Below are positions 14,505-29,975 of a stretch of DNA of 64,000 bases, piece after piece; position 1 is the first letter of the stretch, and each line of letters begins with the position of its first letter. Origin of the DNA: Chrysomallon squamiferum. Its lineage: Eukaryota > Animalia > Mollusca. The stretch lies in NCBI GenBank assembly GCA_012295275.1, contig CM022674.1, forward strand, positions 6,510,001-6,574,000, given 5' to 3'. The notes under the pieces are model-generated. The model had not been told where the DNA came from. It ran no database searches and saw only the letters and a list, made by a program, of their open reading frames with translations. The position numbers and the translations under genes were made by a program.

Positions 14505-15197
14505 AAATTTCTATTTCCTTCTTTTTATTTCTTTTTTTTAAATATTTTTGTTAGTATTTTGTTTTATTGTTTATTGATTATTATCATTTTTATCATTATT
14601 ATTATTATAAACCTAATCTTACAACAATAATAAAAATAATATTAAATAAATAATTATTTAAATGAACATACGAAGAAATATTAATTAAATACATTTTTAT
14701 TAATTAATTAACTAACTAATTTTTAGAAAAAGCAGTTTTTATTTTTCTTATTATTTATTTGTATGTTAGATTGGTTGATGGACTGATTGGTTGGCTGGTT
14801 TTATTTCATTTCATTTTATTTTATTTATATTATTTTTATTATTTATTTTTCTTTCTTTCTTTCTTTCTTTCTTTTTTATTATTATTTTATTATTATTATT
14901 CTTTATTTCCTTCCTTTTTTCTTCCCTTTTTATTTTATTTTTTTATTTTTTTGAAATTGTGTTTTCCGAACATGACTTGCCGTCTCTTACCGATTTTTCG
15001 CGATATTTTCCGAATGTTTCACTTGTTCCGCTTTTGCGATCAGCTCGATAATTCTGAATAGTAATTGGAAGTCGTGTTTATTGTGAGGCTAGTAACCTTC
15101 CTGTACCGTTACTGGCTACTTGCCAAGTTCACTTTTCTCCCAGGGCATGGCAAAGTACAGTCTACGACGTTACATACGATTTAAATCAATAGTTAAA

Positions 15198-15233
<36 letters not shown>

Positions 15234-15365
15234 TGATTTTTCGTCCCGGACACTGTTCTATAAATAGAAAGGACTTCCACAGACGTCGGCTGTTTGTACG
15301 AATTAGCAGTAGTGGTGGGTGGGGTGGGGGGTGACATGCAGACGTGAATATATGTCTGATAGTTC

Positions 15366-15399
<34 letters not shown>

Positions 15400-15907
15400 G
15401 TGTTACACATTTTTTTAATAGTTATTTATGTATCAGACTAAAATAAAATACTTGATTTTAAACAAAGCTTGAAATATGAAATACATATATGTATGTACAC
15501 ACAAATAATAAATTAGCTGTCTGTCAGATCCAATCAATCATTTTGATAAAATTACATGCCTAAGTATTAAAGTGAAATTAGACGAGCAAGAACGAGAATA
15601 ATAAAAATCAATATTTTATGGGCAGAGTCAAGACTGTACTGCAGCGCTTATTACAATACATGAAATAAGACATTCAGGGAAAATTTTAAAATGTTATATA
15701 TAAAAAAATAAAAAAATAAAAATCGAAAACAGGAGACAATATTTAACTCGCTTAAAACAAAAATAAATTTAAATGAAATAATGTATTCAAATGTTTTGGC
15801 TGTTGTAGTAGTTGTTGTTAATGATGATGATGGTATTTTCAACTCCGGTATCCAGTTGTGCAGGTTTTGATTTAGTTTGATCAAAAATAAAATAAAAATA
15901 AAAATAT

Positions 15908-15966
<59 letters not shown>

Positions 15967-16978
15967 AATAATAATAATAATAATAACAACACATTAAAAC
16001 ACATTAATGTAATTATCACATTATTTATGTTTTATTCATGCTCCTGTTTTTCTTATTCTAATTATCTTTAACATCATTCTAATTATCGTCATTATTATTA
16101 TTTTTATTTTTATTGTTGTTGTTTTGTTGTTATTATTATTATTATTGTTACTGTTGTTATTGTTATTATCATAGCTGCAATACGTCTGGTGTCAATGTAT
16201 CTTTCGCCGACTGTAATCAGCTGAAAAACAAAACACAAATAGCACAGGTCTACGTCTTATTGAGACCTTCATTCACACCTAGCACATTTACCTGTCTAAT
16301 TACAGGTAAACAGCAAAACAAAATAAAAAATAATAATAATAAAAAAATTAAAAAAATCACACAACAAATACACAAATGTATGCAGAAAAAAAGAGACAAG
16401 TCAATGATCGCAAGTCTTTTGTCAAAAAAAGACGTCACCTGCAACAACACAAAAGGCTGTTGTCGCAGTTATGCGGTCACTCAGCTAGGCATTGTCGTTG
16501 CCGCCGTCGTCATTTGTCCTCGCTTGCTTAGTGGCGAGCGCTCGTGAACGGTAGGCAGGAGGGGGGAGGGATAACGGGGCAAGGGACAAGGCTACGGAAT
16601 GGATCGATAATAAGCCTTTACAACATTAAGCTGATGTCTATCACCGCAAGGTGGGTGACTGACTGCATTTCCAACTGATCTCTTCTTCTGTGTCGTTTTT
16701 TTTCCTTCCATCTTTTCTGACGCACTGGATAATTCTTAGGTGACAGCACTGTTCAGATGACCACAAGAATAGACGAGAAGGTGAATCTGCAAGGCGCGGT
16801 CTGTGACCGTCCATGTTCTTACGTCACCGTGTTAATGATATCGGTAGGCTAATGACGTCTGCGACCAACCTGAAAACAGTTCTTGCGCGAGACCTACTGG
16901 GATCGATACTGGTTAGAGGAATTAATTTTAAATTTAGAAGAAAAACAATAAAACAATACTTATAATACTACTACTAAT

Positions 16979-17019
<41 letters not shown>

Positions 17020-17138
17020 TAATAATAAAACAGAATAACATACATTATCACGTTACAACAACTTAGTTCTATAGAAACGGCAGATCATTAAATCAATATA
17101 TACCCATACACATACATTACTGTGTTCTTGTGTGCACG

Positions 17139-17189
<51 letters not shown>

Positions 17190-18315
17190 GATATATGTCT
17201 GTGTTGCTGTTGCGAGAAATAGAACGATAGTTCGTAACAAACAGGGACATGAAATAATCCGTTACATTTCGCGAAGTTTCCTTGCGAAGAGCTATCATAT
17301 TTAAAACAATTCGCAACAACAATAATAATATTATTACGCTTGTCGGCAGAACTGTCTTCTCGCGATTTCTCGTTTTATGTTCTCGGTCAGTTCGCTACCT
17401 AAATATCCCTCAAGAAACGGGCCAAATTTTACGGGATCATTAATTTTACATGTGTAATATAAAAATATATATATATCCAGTAGAGGTTATCTGTCACCTC
17501 AGCCCGAAAGGCGTTTCAAAAACAGCAATAGAAGGTTTAACACAATTTTCATTTGGAAGGTTTCCTGATAGAAAAGGTTATGGCGTTAAATTCAGGGAGG
17601 CGGTACTAACTTCCAAGGGCAGAGGCGGAATACGAAATTTGGACGGCGGTAATGCGGCCAAGGATTTTCGTAGAGGGGTCAATGACCGAATGTCAAGTGC
17701 TTACTGCCATCATGCTACATCCAAAATAGTTTACGTTGTTGTTGAAGTTGTTATTCTAAATCGTAATAAAACAGATTTAGTTCTAAGTTTATTTATTGAT
17801 ATCGTTCAGATGCATTCTTAGTTGATAATGTCATAAAAGGTTATGTGCATGTTCATCCAAGTTAGAAAATTCTAAATTTTGTTCTACCCCCTCTCTCTCT
17901 CCCTTATGTTCTCTCTCTGATTGTATATAAGTATATATTCAAAGTCATTCAGATTAAATCTGCATAGTATATATATATTATATATATAATTTTTTCTGTA
18001 TTTTGATTTTGTTTTTACATTTGGTAAACATTTAAAATCGTAAAATTGGCGTATTTTATACATTAATAAAATATTAATATTCTGTCCATCAGCCTCTCTT
18101 TGCTTTTAGCATACAAATATCTATCCTCTTCTTTGAAGCGTATGTCTGCTATAATTTGACATCTTCACAAACAGACATTAAAATATAACATGAATAAAGG
18201 GGAAATAGGAGAGAAAGAAATGATAATTAAAGTTCAAATTTAAGCCAACAAACCTAGAAAGTGTATGTAACAAAAATCTTATTAATGTGACACTTTAAAT
18301 AATTGCGTATATTCA

Positions 18316-18346
<31 letters not shown>

Positions 18347-19048
18347 ATACACACACACAGACTAACAATGCATGCACATTCACTTCCATACTAGACATTT
18401 TAGTAACAGCAATAATGGTGATATTCACAGAAAAAAACCCGAAAACAAAACCCAGAAACATTGTTAATTTTTTCTTTCACTTTTTCCGTCAATTTTTTTT
18501 TAGCTTTTTTTCTAAGATTAAAAGGATAAAAATAAATTTTAAGAAAGTGTATTTGTGTATTATAACACTTAATCGTGGGATGTGGGGGGCATTGATCTGA
18601 TATGAACGCATATCAAAATAGATTTTGAAAAAATAATAACAATAAGAAAAAGAAAAACAACAATAATAACAAACACCCCAAATCGATATACATGCAGACA
18701 TTTCAGTGGTACGAAATTTGTATGAATATTCTATTATATATTTGTTTTGTCTTAAATTATCTATAGTTTCGTTTTGCTAAGGTTTAACGTTTGTTCCTTA
18801 CGTTCAGTGACATGGCTACGCTCGTATTTAAGCCAATGTATTCAGTACAGTACCAAGCCCCCCCCCCCAGCCAATCAGAAGAGAGAAGATATTGACCGCG
18901 GAACCTTGTAGATGGTCATTCGCGTAATTAGCTGCTCAGAGGACGTTGATCGGACATTGACCTGTCCGAAACGACATGGAAGCTAAAATCAATTTACTGT
19001 ACATAGTATATATATATATACGTTAAACACAAAGTCTTCTTCTTCTTC

Positions 19049-19134
<86 letters not shown>

Positions 19135-20099
19135 ACTGATGATGATGATGCTGTTTATTCTTATAATTATTTATAATTAAGATCAATTCATTTTAACAAA
19201 TATTCAAAATGAAGGATTCATAATTACGATAAAATTATCTTATGCATGTTTTTTGCTAGTTTGATTTTTTTAAATTTAAAAAGTTAGATTTATTAATTTT
19301 ATTTTATTTGATTTCATGAAGAGGAAGTAATTTAATATTTGCTCGAGAGTAACCAGATTTTAATTCAAATTTTATGCTATTTTTATTTAATTAAAGTTAA
19401 ATTAATCTTGATTAAAATAATATATAAAAAATAAATAAATAAATAAAAACTAATTTGTTTGATTGTTTGTTGTTTTTCTTTCTTTTCTTTTCTTTTTTAA
19501 GGTTATTGTTGTTGTTTATTTCCTGAAGCTATTACTAAAATAAATTAATTAATTAATGTAAAAAAATAATAATAATAACAAACAAAAAAAAAAAAAAAAA
19601 AAACACGCACACAAAAAAACAACAATACTTTAAAAATCGTTACTGCGAAATATACAAACTAACGTCTGTTACATTCAATGAGACGCGACAAACAAAAGGC
19701 CTCATCTGATTGGTCCTTCTTCACATACTGTTACCCAGTCGACAGCTCGCGTTTTCCCGATTAGCCTTGCTAGTCATATACGTATATATATATATATTTT
19801 ACCTGCAGCGTATTCTCCACCTCACTAAGTAATAAGTAAACGTTCAAGGATATTTCTTTTTTACCTGTGCGACCTTCATATGTCACGTTCGCATGGTCTG
19901 TTAAGGACGATCAACAACAAACAAAACTTAGCTGTACAGCGAATAGTGCAAGTCATGACACTCGATAAACATTAAGGATTTTTTTTCTTGTTTGTTTGTT
20001 TTTCTTTGTTTTGTTTTTTCTCAAGGGCGGAGTAGTAATTATATAGCAATGGGATTTGTTAGAAAGCGTAGGGATTGGGGAGAGAAGAGCCATTCAAAA

Positions 20100-20145
<46 letters not shown>

Positions 20146-20508
20146 GAGAATATTTTTATGATATTTGTACATCCCAATACGTCTACATTATTAATTTAAA
20201 TCAAAAAAGGTAATAGCGACGGTATGTAAGAATTATAGAAAATGTATTTATTAAAATAAATTTTATGCTGCACTACGTTTTCATGAAATTCTCCAGTTGT
20301 GACCGAATTGCAACAGTTACGTACTGAGATATGTTCGTAACATATGTCACTCTTTTTTTTATTGATTTATTAATCACTAAAGTACAGTTAATATTACTGT
20401 CCTAAAACTGGGCTTTTGCATGCAACATTTTTGTAATAATAATTACAACAATTTAGGAAAAATAAAGAAATTCAAGCACGTGTTACTCTGGGACTGGTGA
20501 TTATTATG

Positions 20509-20540
<32 letters not shown>

Positions 20541-21775
20541 TTCTCGTTATTGTTATCATTGTTACTATTGTTGTTATTTCTATATGTATTGTTCTAATTA
20601 TTATTATTTTTATTTATTTATTTATTTAAAATTTATTTTATTTTATTTATTATTATTATTTTTTGTTTCTTTTTGTTATTTGTTTGTTTCTTGTTTTTCT
20701 TTTTGTTTGTTGTTTTGTTTTGTTTTCTCCCCTTATTATTCTTCTTCTTTTTCTTCTTTTTCTTCTTCTTCTTCTTCTTCTTACTATTAGTACTACAACT
20801 ACACTGCTACTGCTAATGCTACTACTACTAATATTACTACTACCATTACTGTTGATACTGTTTTTGTTTTATTTAATATATTATTATTGGTGGTGGTGGT
20901 GGTGGTGTCGTCTTTTGTAGTTGTTATTATTATTAGGAAAATAACAACCAAATATTATTTTACATTTTCAGAGATAATTCCCATATTTCATTCTTATACC
21001 GAGTAAAAAAAAAAAAAAAAAAAGAAGAAGAAAAACCAGAAAACTCGAGCGCCATCTTTTTTTTTTACAATCTGTCAAATTTCTTCGATTTTCGTTTCAT
21101 TTCCGAACTTTGTTTTCAAACCGGGTCATTTTAAACATCATGATTTTTAGCACATATTTTTGTCATTTAATTACAAATCTGCTGTCAAGTTTTTCATAAC
21201 GGGGTCACAAACTGGGCAAAATACGTGATCGTTATTGATTTAAAAATTCTGGGTCACGCCAGTACTCTTCCGTGGCCTGATTTGAGGACAACTGGGTCAG
21301 AGTGGTAATGGGATATCACCGCACGGCAGCTGATGAACCATTCGAGGCTAGAGTAACAACAAACATGCAGTTGAACTGATTTCTCCCCAGAACTGAAAAG
21401 AGGTCATTGCTACTTGTAAGGGTGTATGTATGCATATCTATACCGGGTAGCGTGCCGCCTCAGTGTGGAGGTGAGAGACACAGTAACCTTAAAAGTGCGT
21501 CTGATGAACGATCTCTTCTTTTGTGTGTGTCTCGTTATCTCTCACTCGATGTCTCATCATCCGCGTTTTTCTTTCTCTTCCCATTTCTTTTTCTTTTTCT
21601 TTTTTTTTTTTTTTTTTTTTTTTTTCATTTCTTTGAACATCTCTTTGTCATTGTTTTGTTGCTGGTTTTTTTTTTTGTTTGTTTTTTTTTTTTTTTTTTT
21701 TTCGTCCTCAAGTCTACCTTTTGTCTTTTCTTTCTTTATCGAACTAACAATTTATTTTTAATTTCTATTTCTATA

Positions 21776-21821
<46 letters not shown>

Positions 21822-22013
21822 CGATTTCTTTCTGTGTTTTTTTTTTTTTTTTTTTTTTTTTTTGTTTGTTTGTTTTTTGTTTCTGTATCTTCTTTTGTCT
21901 TTTCTTTCTTTATCAAACTATTTCCTTGTACGTTCTTCTGTCTTCCGATTTTTCATTCTCTCCTTCTCTCTATTTCTACATTCCATCTGATTTTTTGTTT
22001 GTGTATTGTATGC

Positions 22014-22088
<75 letters not shown>

Positions 22089-23133
22089 CTCTCGTTTCCG
22101 ATTTTTATTGCTTCAATCGATTATGTATAATTCAAACAGTCGTACTGACCCAGATACTGTCCAGTTCAGCGACATTGATCTTCCGGTGTCCCGGACGTTA
22201 CAGTAACATTGCAGACTGTTTTTCTAGTTACTTCGATCGAAACCCGGTAACGGAATAAATGTAGAATGTTCATGACAGATTTTTATTTTTTCATTTTTTT
22301 ATATTGTATTGTGTTTGTTTTTATGTTATGTTATGTTTGTTATGTTATGTTATTTTATTTTATTTTATTTTATTTATGCAAAAAATAAAATAAAAGAAAT
22401 GGAAAAAAATAAATGAATAATAAAAATAAAGAAATAATAAAAAGAAAATTCTTAAAACCAAACCAACCAAACAAAAAAAATCCAACAACAAAAAAACAAC
22501 AACAAAAAAACAAAAACAAAAAACAAAAACAAACAACAAATACCTAACTATTTATAAACATTAAAAATCCAACACGAACCAACTCCACAAAAACCTACCC
22601 TCTCATAACCGAACCCTACTCACCCATAAAAAATCACAAAACAATGTACGACCATATCAGTAAAAGCAGCCGTAACCTACTTTACGTCCATTTGACCTAC
22701 ATTTTTTAAACCTTTTTTTTTCTTTCTTTTCTCGCAAGCGTTTAGCAGGCGTCACGTGCCGTATGAAGAATAATTTCCTTGAAACGCTGAAACCCATATC
22801 GGTCACAAAGCAACTAAAACGAGGTTATACACACATACCACCGTGTACGTGTACCCAGCATGACTGGCTTACCTTCAAGTTACCCATTTGCACTTTAAAA
22901 CAGATTTCAGAGATATTAGCTTGTATGAGAATTTTGTTTATCAAGGTTAGAACGAAAGGAGAATAAAAGGATAGTAGGGGTTAAATGATGAAATGAGTCG
23001 ATTGTGAAATAAAATAAAATAAAATGAAATAAAATTACAAGCAAAAAAAAAAGTAAAAAAAAAAAAATATAAATAATTAAAAAAAAAATAGGAGTAATTA
23101 AATAAATATATAAATAAGTTAAACTGTTATATG

Positions 23134-23230
<97 letters not shown>

Positions 23231-23873
23231 ACACACACACACACGCACACATATTTATTGATTAATTTCATTAAGACCATCACGCACCTTCTTCCACGCA
23301 CGTACAATGACGCATGCGCATTCCTTCTAATATGTTTCTAGTTTCTCTTCTGGCGATAGTACTTAAATTTAAAAAAAAGAAAAAGAAGAAAAAAAGAAAC
23401 CTGAGAAAGATCTCGGTCATGTTTACAATTTTAAAAGAACCATAATGAAATGAGGGTGGGGGGGGGAAGAAGAAAAGAAAAATAGTTCTTAGCCACAACA
23501 ATTTCTTTGAAAACTTTTGAATATTTTGAAAGAAAGAAAATGAAATTTTAAGAAGTTGTTAAGGCTTTTTATTAAAAAGTGAAAAGAGATTTTCTTCTTC
23601 TTCTTCTTCTTCTCTTAAGTATACTTGGAGTAGACAAAGAAAAGAAAAAGAACGAGAATTAGAAACAAAGAAGAAAGAGAAAAAGAAGTAAAAGAAAACA
23701 ACAAAAAAAAAAACAAAGAAAAAATTACAATTTCAAGAATAATATTAAGACAAATAATAATATATAACAACAACAACAACAACAATAATAATAATACAAT
23801 CAGAAATTGTTGATGACCACTTCTACATCGATGATTTGAACATAGGTAAAGGGCGGGGTTGAAAGCGGACTTA

Positions 23874-23909
<36 letters not shown>

Positions 23910-24123
23910 GTTATTATTATTATTAAATTTGTCTCTATATCATACTTTGACCATAGCGTGAAAAAAAAAAAAAAAAAAGTAAAAAAATCTAGTAACAGTA
24001 AACAAGTACAGTGTTGAAAGGTTACGAGGCTAGAGCAAGAATTAGAAAAAAAAAAAAAAAAAAAAAAAAGTTCTGTATATCTGGGTCATTGCTTGCCCGC
24101 TTTACTGTCTACCTTCCAGCCTT

Positions 24124-24157
<34 letters not shown>

Positions 24158-24601
24158 TATTTTTTTTTTTTTTTGTTCTTTAGTTTTTTCATGAAAAAAT
24201 AATAATAAGAAGAAGAAGTAAAAAAAAAAAAAAAAAAAAAAATGAAAAAAAAAAAAATGAAGAAAAAAGGTAAAAAAAAGAAAGGAAAAGAATAGAAAAC
24301 AAAAATCAGGTCTGAAGAAAAAAGAATCTAGTTATTTTATCTTATTTTTTGTTTTTATTCATTCTTTGTATTTTTATTTTTATTTCGTATTATTTACTTC
24401 TTTTTTTCTCTATTTTCTTTGTTTCTTTGTTTCTTTATTTCTTTATTTCTTTTTTATTCATTCATTCATTTATTTAATATGTATTTTATTTTATTCTTTG
24501 TACATTTCAAAATAGAGGCGGATCATATTCTGTACATCTTCGGGATGTGTGTTATTTTCCTTCTAGTCACTGTTGTTAACTAATTCCTCAATGAAAACAA
24601 A

Positions 24602-24659
<58 letters not shown>

Positions 24660-25572
24660 CATAAAACTAGAACACACAGACACCCCCCCACACACACACA
24701 CCCCAAACACACGCACGTATATGACACAAAACAATGGTTTCTATGAGTAACAAACTGTTTTGGACGAGGTAAAACGAGGTCACGTGTAAACCTTTGACCT
24801 ACATCTTCCCTCACTTGTTTTGCTGAAGGATGCAAGAATTCAGAACAAATCTAGACTGGACACTTACTCTTTTTATTTATTTATTTATTTTTTTTATTAT
24901 TATTATTTTAAGAATAAGGTTAAGCGGAAGAGTCAGAGAAATCTTGTTAACTGTGTACAATTCTTCTTTGAGAAATTAAATTGAATATGTCTGTGTAGTC
25001 TTAGTTCTTCTGTCTGCTAAATATATCAAATCTGTTTTCTCTCTTTCTTTCTTTCTCTTTCTTTTTTCTTCTCTCTTTTCTTTCTTTCTTTCGTTCATTG
25101 TCTCTTTCTGTTTCTTTGTCATTCTTTCTCTTTTTTCTTTTTTTTTATCTTTCTTTCTTTATTTTTTTCTATTTTTTTTCCTTCTTTTCTTTTTCTCTTT
25201 TTTTTTTTCTTTCTTTTATTTTATTTCCTTCTTTCTATTTCTTTGTCATTTTTTCTTTCTTTCTCTTTTTTCTCTCTTTTTTTCTTTCTTTCTTTCTTTA
25301 TTTCTCTTGTTCATTTTTTCTTCTTTCCTTTCTTTCTTTTTCTTTCTTTCTTTCCATCATTCTTTCTTTCCTTTTTCTTTCTTTCTTTCTTTCCTTTCAT
25401 TTTCATCCTTTCTTTCCTTCATTTCTCTTCTTTTTCATCCTTTCTTTCTTTCTCTCCTTTTGTTTCTTTCTTTCTTTTTTCATCTTTTCTCGTTATTTTT
25501 TTTCTTCATGTTGTTCTCATTCTCTTTCCATAAATCCATTTTTCTCTGCTGTCTTTCTCGTTCGATCTTCGT

Positions 25573-25617
<45 letters not shown>

Positions 25618-26931
25618 TGTGTCAGTTAGTCTGTGTCTGTGTTATATTACTGAAATTGCGTTTATCATGATTTAAAATAATTTTTAGTAACGTCCATCTA
25701 CGACGTCATTTATTCTTCATCATCGCCCACGTCGTTATTATTACTACAGCTACTAGTATCATTACTTCTACTACAACTATCTGCAGGCTACAACATCAAC
25801 AGTTGGTAAAACTTCTTTTATTATTATTACTACTACTAAAACTACTAATACTGCTAAGACCACTAGTATAACTTCCGCCATTATTATTATTGTTGCTGTT
25901 GTTGTCGTCGTCGGTGTTGTTAACGTCTTTTCACAGAGGTATTTTTCGGTATTTCTAACAATAATTTCAACGGTCAACATCGGACATTTAACCTTGAGCT
26001 CGTGCTATTAGAAAGAAAGAAAACAAAAACGTTCGTCCTTGAGTTTCAAATTAACATCGTCAGCTCCAAACGCACAACACAGATATCGCGTTACCATGTC
26101 AACGAAAGCAGACGTCCATCTCCACTTTGAATTATAGCTATAGGCTGTACCAACAGTTGTAGTAGCAGTATTGTCGTTGTTGTTGCAGTAGTAGTAGTAG
26201 TAGTAGTACCAGAAGTAGTAATAGTAGTAGTAGTAGTTACAAGAAGACGTAATTGTAGTAGTAATAGTAATTGTTGTTGTTTATATACGTGTGCTACAAA
26301 TCACAGATGGTGTCGTGATTGTTGCAGGTGTAGAAGTGGTTGTAGTAGGGTGGTGGTTGCAGGAATAGTAGTAGTAGTAGTAATAGTAATAGTAATAGTA
26401 GTAGTAGTAATAGTAATAGTAGTAGTAGTAGTAGTAGTAATAGTAGTAGTAGTAGTAGTAGCTAAAACTGTGGTGACCGTTGTAGTAGTACTGGCAGTAG
26501 TGACAATAGCAGTTGTTGTATGGTAGTCGTAGCTGCGATATCAATGTGGTAATGTAGTAGTGACAGTAGTCGTTACAGTAGTATCAACTGTAGTAATTAC
26601 TGTTCTTTCTGGAGTATAATTATTTTGATAGTACTAGCAGTAGTAGTAGTAATAACTGTAGTATTTTTGTTATAATAGTAGTGGTACTAATAAATGTTCT
26701 AGATGCTAATGTTGTCGTAGGTGTAGTAATAATAGTAATTGTGGACTGGTTTAAAGCAGAAATAATTGTTGTTGACGTTGCAGAAGTAGTAATAATAGCA
26801 GTCGTAGTTGTTTTTTGTAAAGATCGTGGTTTTCTGACTTTAACAGGAAAGTTGACAGACTGTTTGTTTTTATAAAAAAATGTATTCATTAAACAAAAAC
26901 AAAAGCAAAATATTATTAAACCAAAACTTAT

Positions 26932-26992
<61 letters not shown>

Positions 26993-27687
26993 CAGACAGA
27001 TAGATAGATAACGTTTAAAACAAACTTATAAATATTTCAGTGGTATATTTATTTTAATTTTATTAAATTATTATTGCAAGGTCTTTAAAACAGAGACGAT
27101 TTCTTAAAAACGAAAATTATCTGTTTAAACACAAAGATGTCATGAACGGACGCCTTATTTCTTTGTTCGGACGAATAAAAACATTCTAAAATTAAAAATA
27201 GTTCCCTAATTATAACAGCGTGTGGAAATACGTGACCGTTGTCCTCTCGAACCCTTTGACCCGTGACCTTTAGCACCATCTGACCCTTGGAGTAATTTGA
27301 CCTCTCACACCCACGATTTCATAATGGGCAGGCTAAACTTTTGCAATAGCGAAACTGATTTTCATAATGCGAGAACAATGGCCTACCCTGCAGAGTTAAC
27401 TTTCTTTGAACCTGGTAATAAAACATTTGAACTTATTTGAAGACTAAATTAGAAAACGTCTGCTGCAGCAGGTGCGCGCGAAATGGACGCATTCTTCTGT
27501 GTTGTTTTCCTCTCCAGCCAGTGAGACCCAAAGTTGTAAATAACGACATAAAAAAAAAAGGATAAGAAATTCCGAACGTTATTATTCCCTTGTTTGTGTT
27601 TGTCATGTTAATGTTTCTCTGTTGTTGTGTCCCTAAACATAAATGTCCTTTGTAGCGTAAATAAATTATATTCTCGTTTATTTATGA

Positions 27688-27753
<66 letters not shown>

Positions 27754-27964
27754 GTTATTGTTATTATTATTATTATTGTTATTGTTATTATTATTATTAT
27801 TATTAAATATATTAAATAGCAGTAGTAGTAGAAGTTGTAGTAGCAGTAGTAGCAGCAGCAACAGCAGTAACAGAAATAGTAGTAATGGTAGTACTAACAG
27901 CATTATAGTAGGGGTTGTGACATTTCATAATTGATTGTACTACTACTACTACTACTACTACTAC

Positions 27965-28008
<44 letters not shown>

Positions 28009-28263
28009 TTAATAAAGCTATTTACTGCCAAGTTATTACTACTGCACGTTATTTTTACAGTATCATTTATGTTAAATTTTAACATTTTCGCCCATTATTT
28101 AATACCTGTAAACTCTTGTAAGAAGCAATTAAAACGAACTGAAAATACATATTTTAATAAATATCTTAAAACAAAACAGAATGACAAAGGAAAACCACCA
28201 TAATCAGTAAATTGGTACATAAACATACACAGACCATGATGTTCTTGCTGATGTATATCGGTA

Positions 28264-28342
<79 letters not shown>

Positions 28343-28499
28343 ATAATAATAATAATAATAAATACACACATAAACATACATATATTATATATTTATATAT
28401 TTACATAACATGTACATACATAAACACATACATACACAAACACATACATACACACATCCATACACACATCCATACATTTACACACACACACAGGCATGC

Positions 28500-29275
28500 A
28501 AATCTATATAAATGTTTAAAACACATCCATACATATATACACATCACACACACACACACACACATATCTATATATAATGTTTAAAACACATCCATACATC
28601 CATACTTCCACACACGCATGCAAACATACATACATACATAATACACACACACACACAGTTATATCTATATATAATGTTTAAAACACATCCATACATCCAT
28701 ACTTCCACACACGCATGCAAACATACATACATACATACATAATACACACACACACACACACACACACAGTTATATATATAATGTTTAAAACACATCCATA
28801 CATCCATACTTCCACACACGCATGCAAACATACATACATACATACATATACACACACACACAGTTATATATATATATATAATGTTTAAAACACATCCATA
28901 CATCCATACTTCCACACACGCATGCAAACATACATACATACATACATAATATACACACACACACACAGTTTTATATATATATAATGTTTAAAACACATCC
29001 ATACATCCATACTTCCACACACGCATGCAAACATACAAATATACATACATACATATATATATAATAAACACACACACACACACACACAAACATACACACA
29101 GTTACATATATATATAATGTTTAAAACACATCCATACATCCATATTCCCACACACGCATGCAAACATACATACATACATACATAATACACACACACACAC
29201 ACACAACACAGTTATATATATATATATAATGTTTAAAACACATCCATACATCCATACTTCCACACACGCATGCAA

Positions 29276-29325
<50 letters not shown>
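28500..29325. repeat. Composite minisatellite, ~7-8 copies of ~100-130 bp
   Basis: Near-invariant core aatgtttaaaacacatccatacatccatacttccacacacgcatgcaaac with variable (TA)/(ATAC)/(CA) tracts. Confidence 0.95.
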
Positions 29326-29327
<2 letters not shown>

Positions 29328-29873
29328 ATATATATATATATATATATATATAAACTTTCTTTTTACATTTAAAACACGTGCACTCTTAGTCTGTTTATTT
29401 TAAATCCCAAAATATTCAGCGTCCACTGTTTGCTCTGACCACAACGGAGGAGGTCAACGTTTGACCATCTGTCCGTTTTATAACTGTCTTCCTTACACAA
29501 ACTGGACGTGTCTGTACAGGTCAATGGGGCATGCTGTCCGCTTGACCTTACTCGGTCACTGGTTACTAGTGGTCAGCCGGTCAGTTACGGACAGGGTCAG
29601 AAGAAAAACTGTCCGTTGTCTCTTTCTTTGTTTACTTGTGGTAACTTCGAGTTTATTTACAGTTCAAACATCCTAAATAATTTAAATTGTCGTCTGGAGA
29701 GGCTCCTCGCAGTTCTGGAACGAGAAAAAACGTTAAAAGTATATTAATATGATTATGATTGCGTATAAATTAGTCTATAAATATTCATTACGTCTATAAG
29801 AAAATACTGTGCTGTACATACGCCATATGATTATTTTGATCCGGATATCTTAAAATATCAAAAAGGAAAAATA

Positions 29874-29912
<39 letters not shown>

Positions 29913-29940
29913 ATACTGCCAATAATGCTGCTGCTACTAG

Positions 29941-29975
<35 letters not shown>

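Noticed and set aside
17450-17821. 123-aa plus-strand ORF
   Set aside because: No recognisable similarity or exon chain; chance ORF in a GC-richer island
28500-29325. CRISPR-like repeat/spacer appearance
   Set aside because: Eukaryotic context, no cas genes, and spacers are the same microsatellites at different lengths rather than unique sequence
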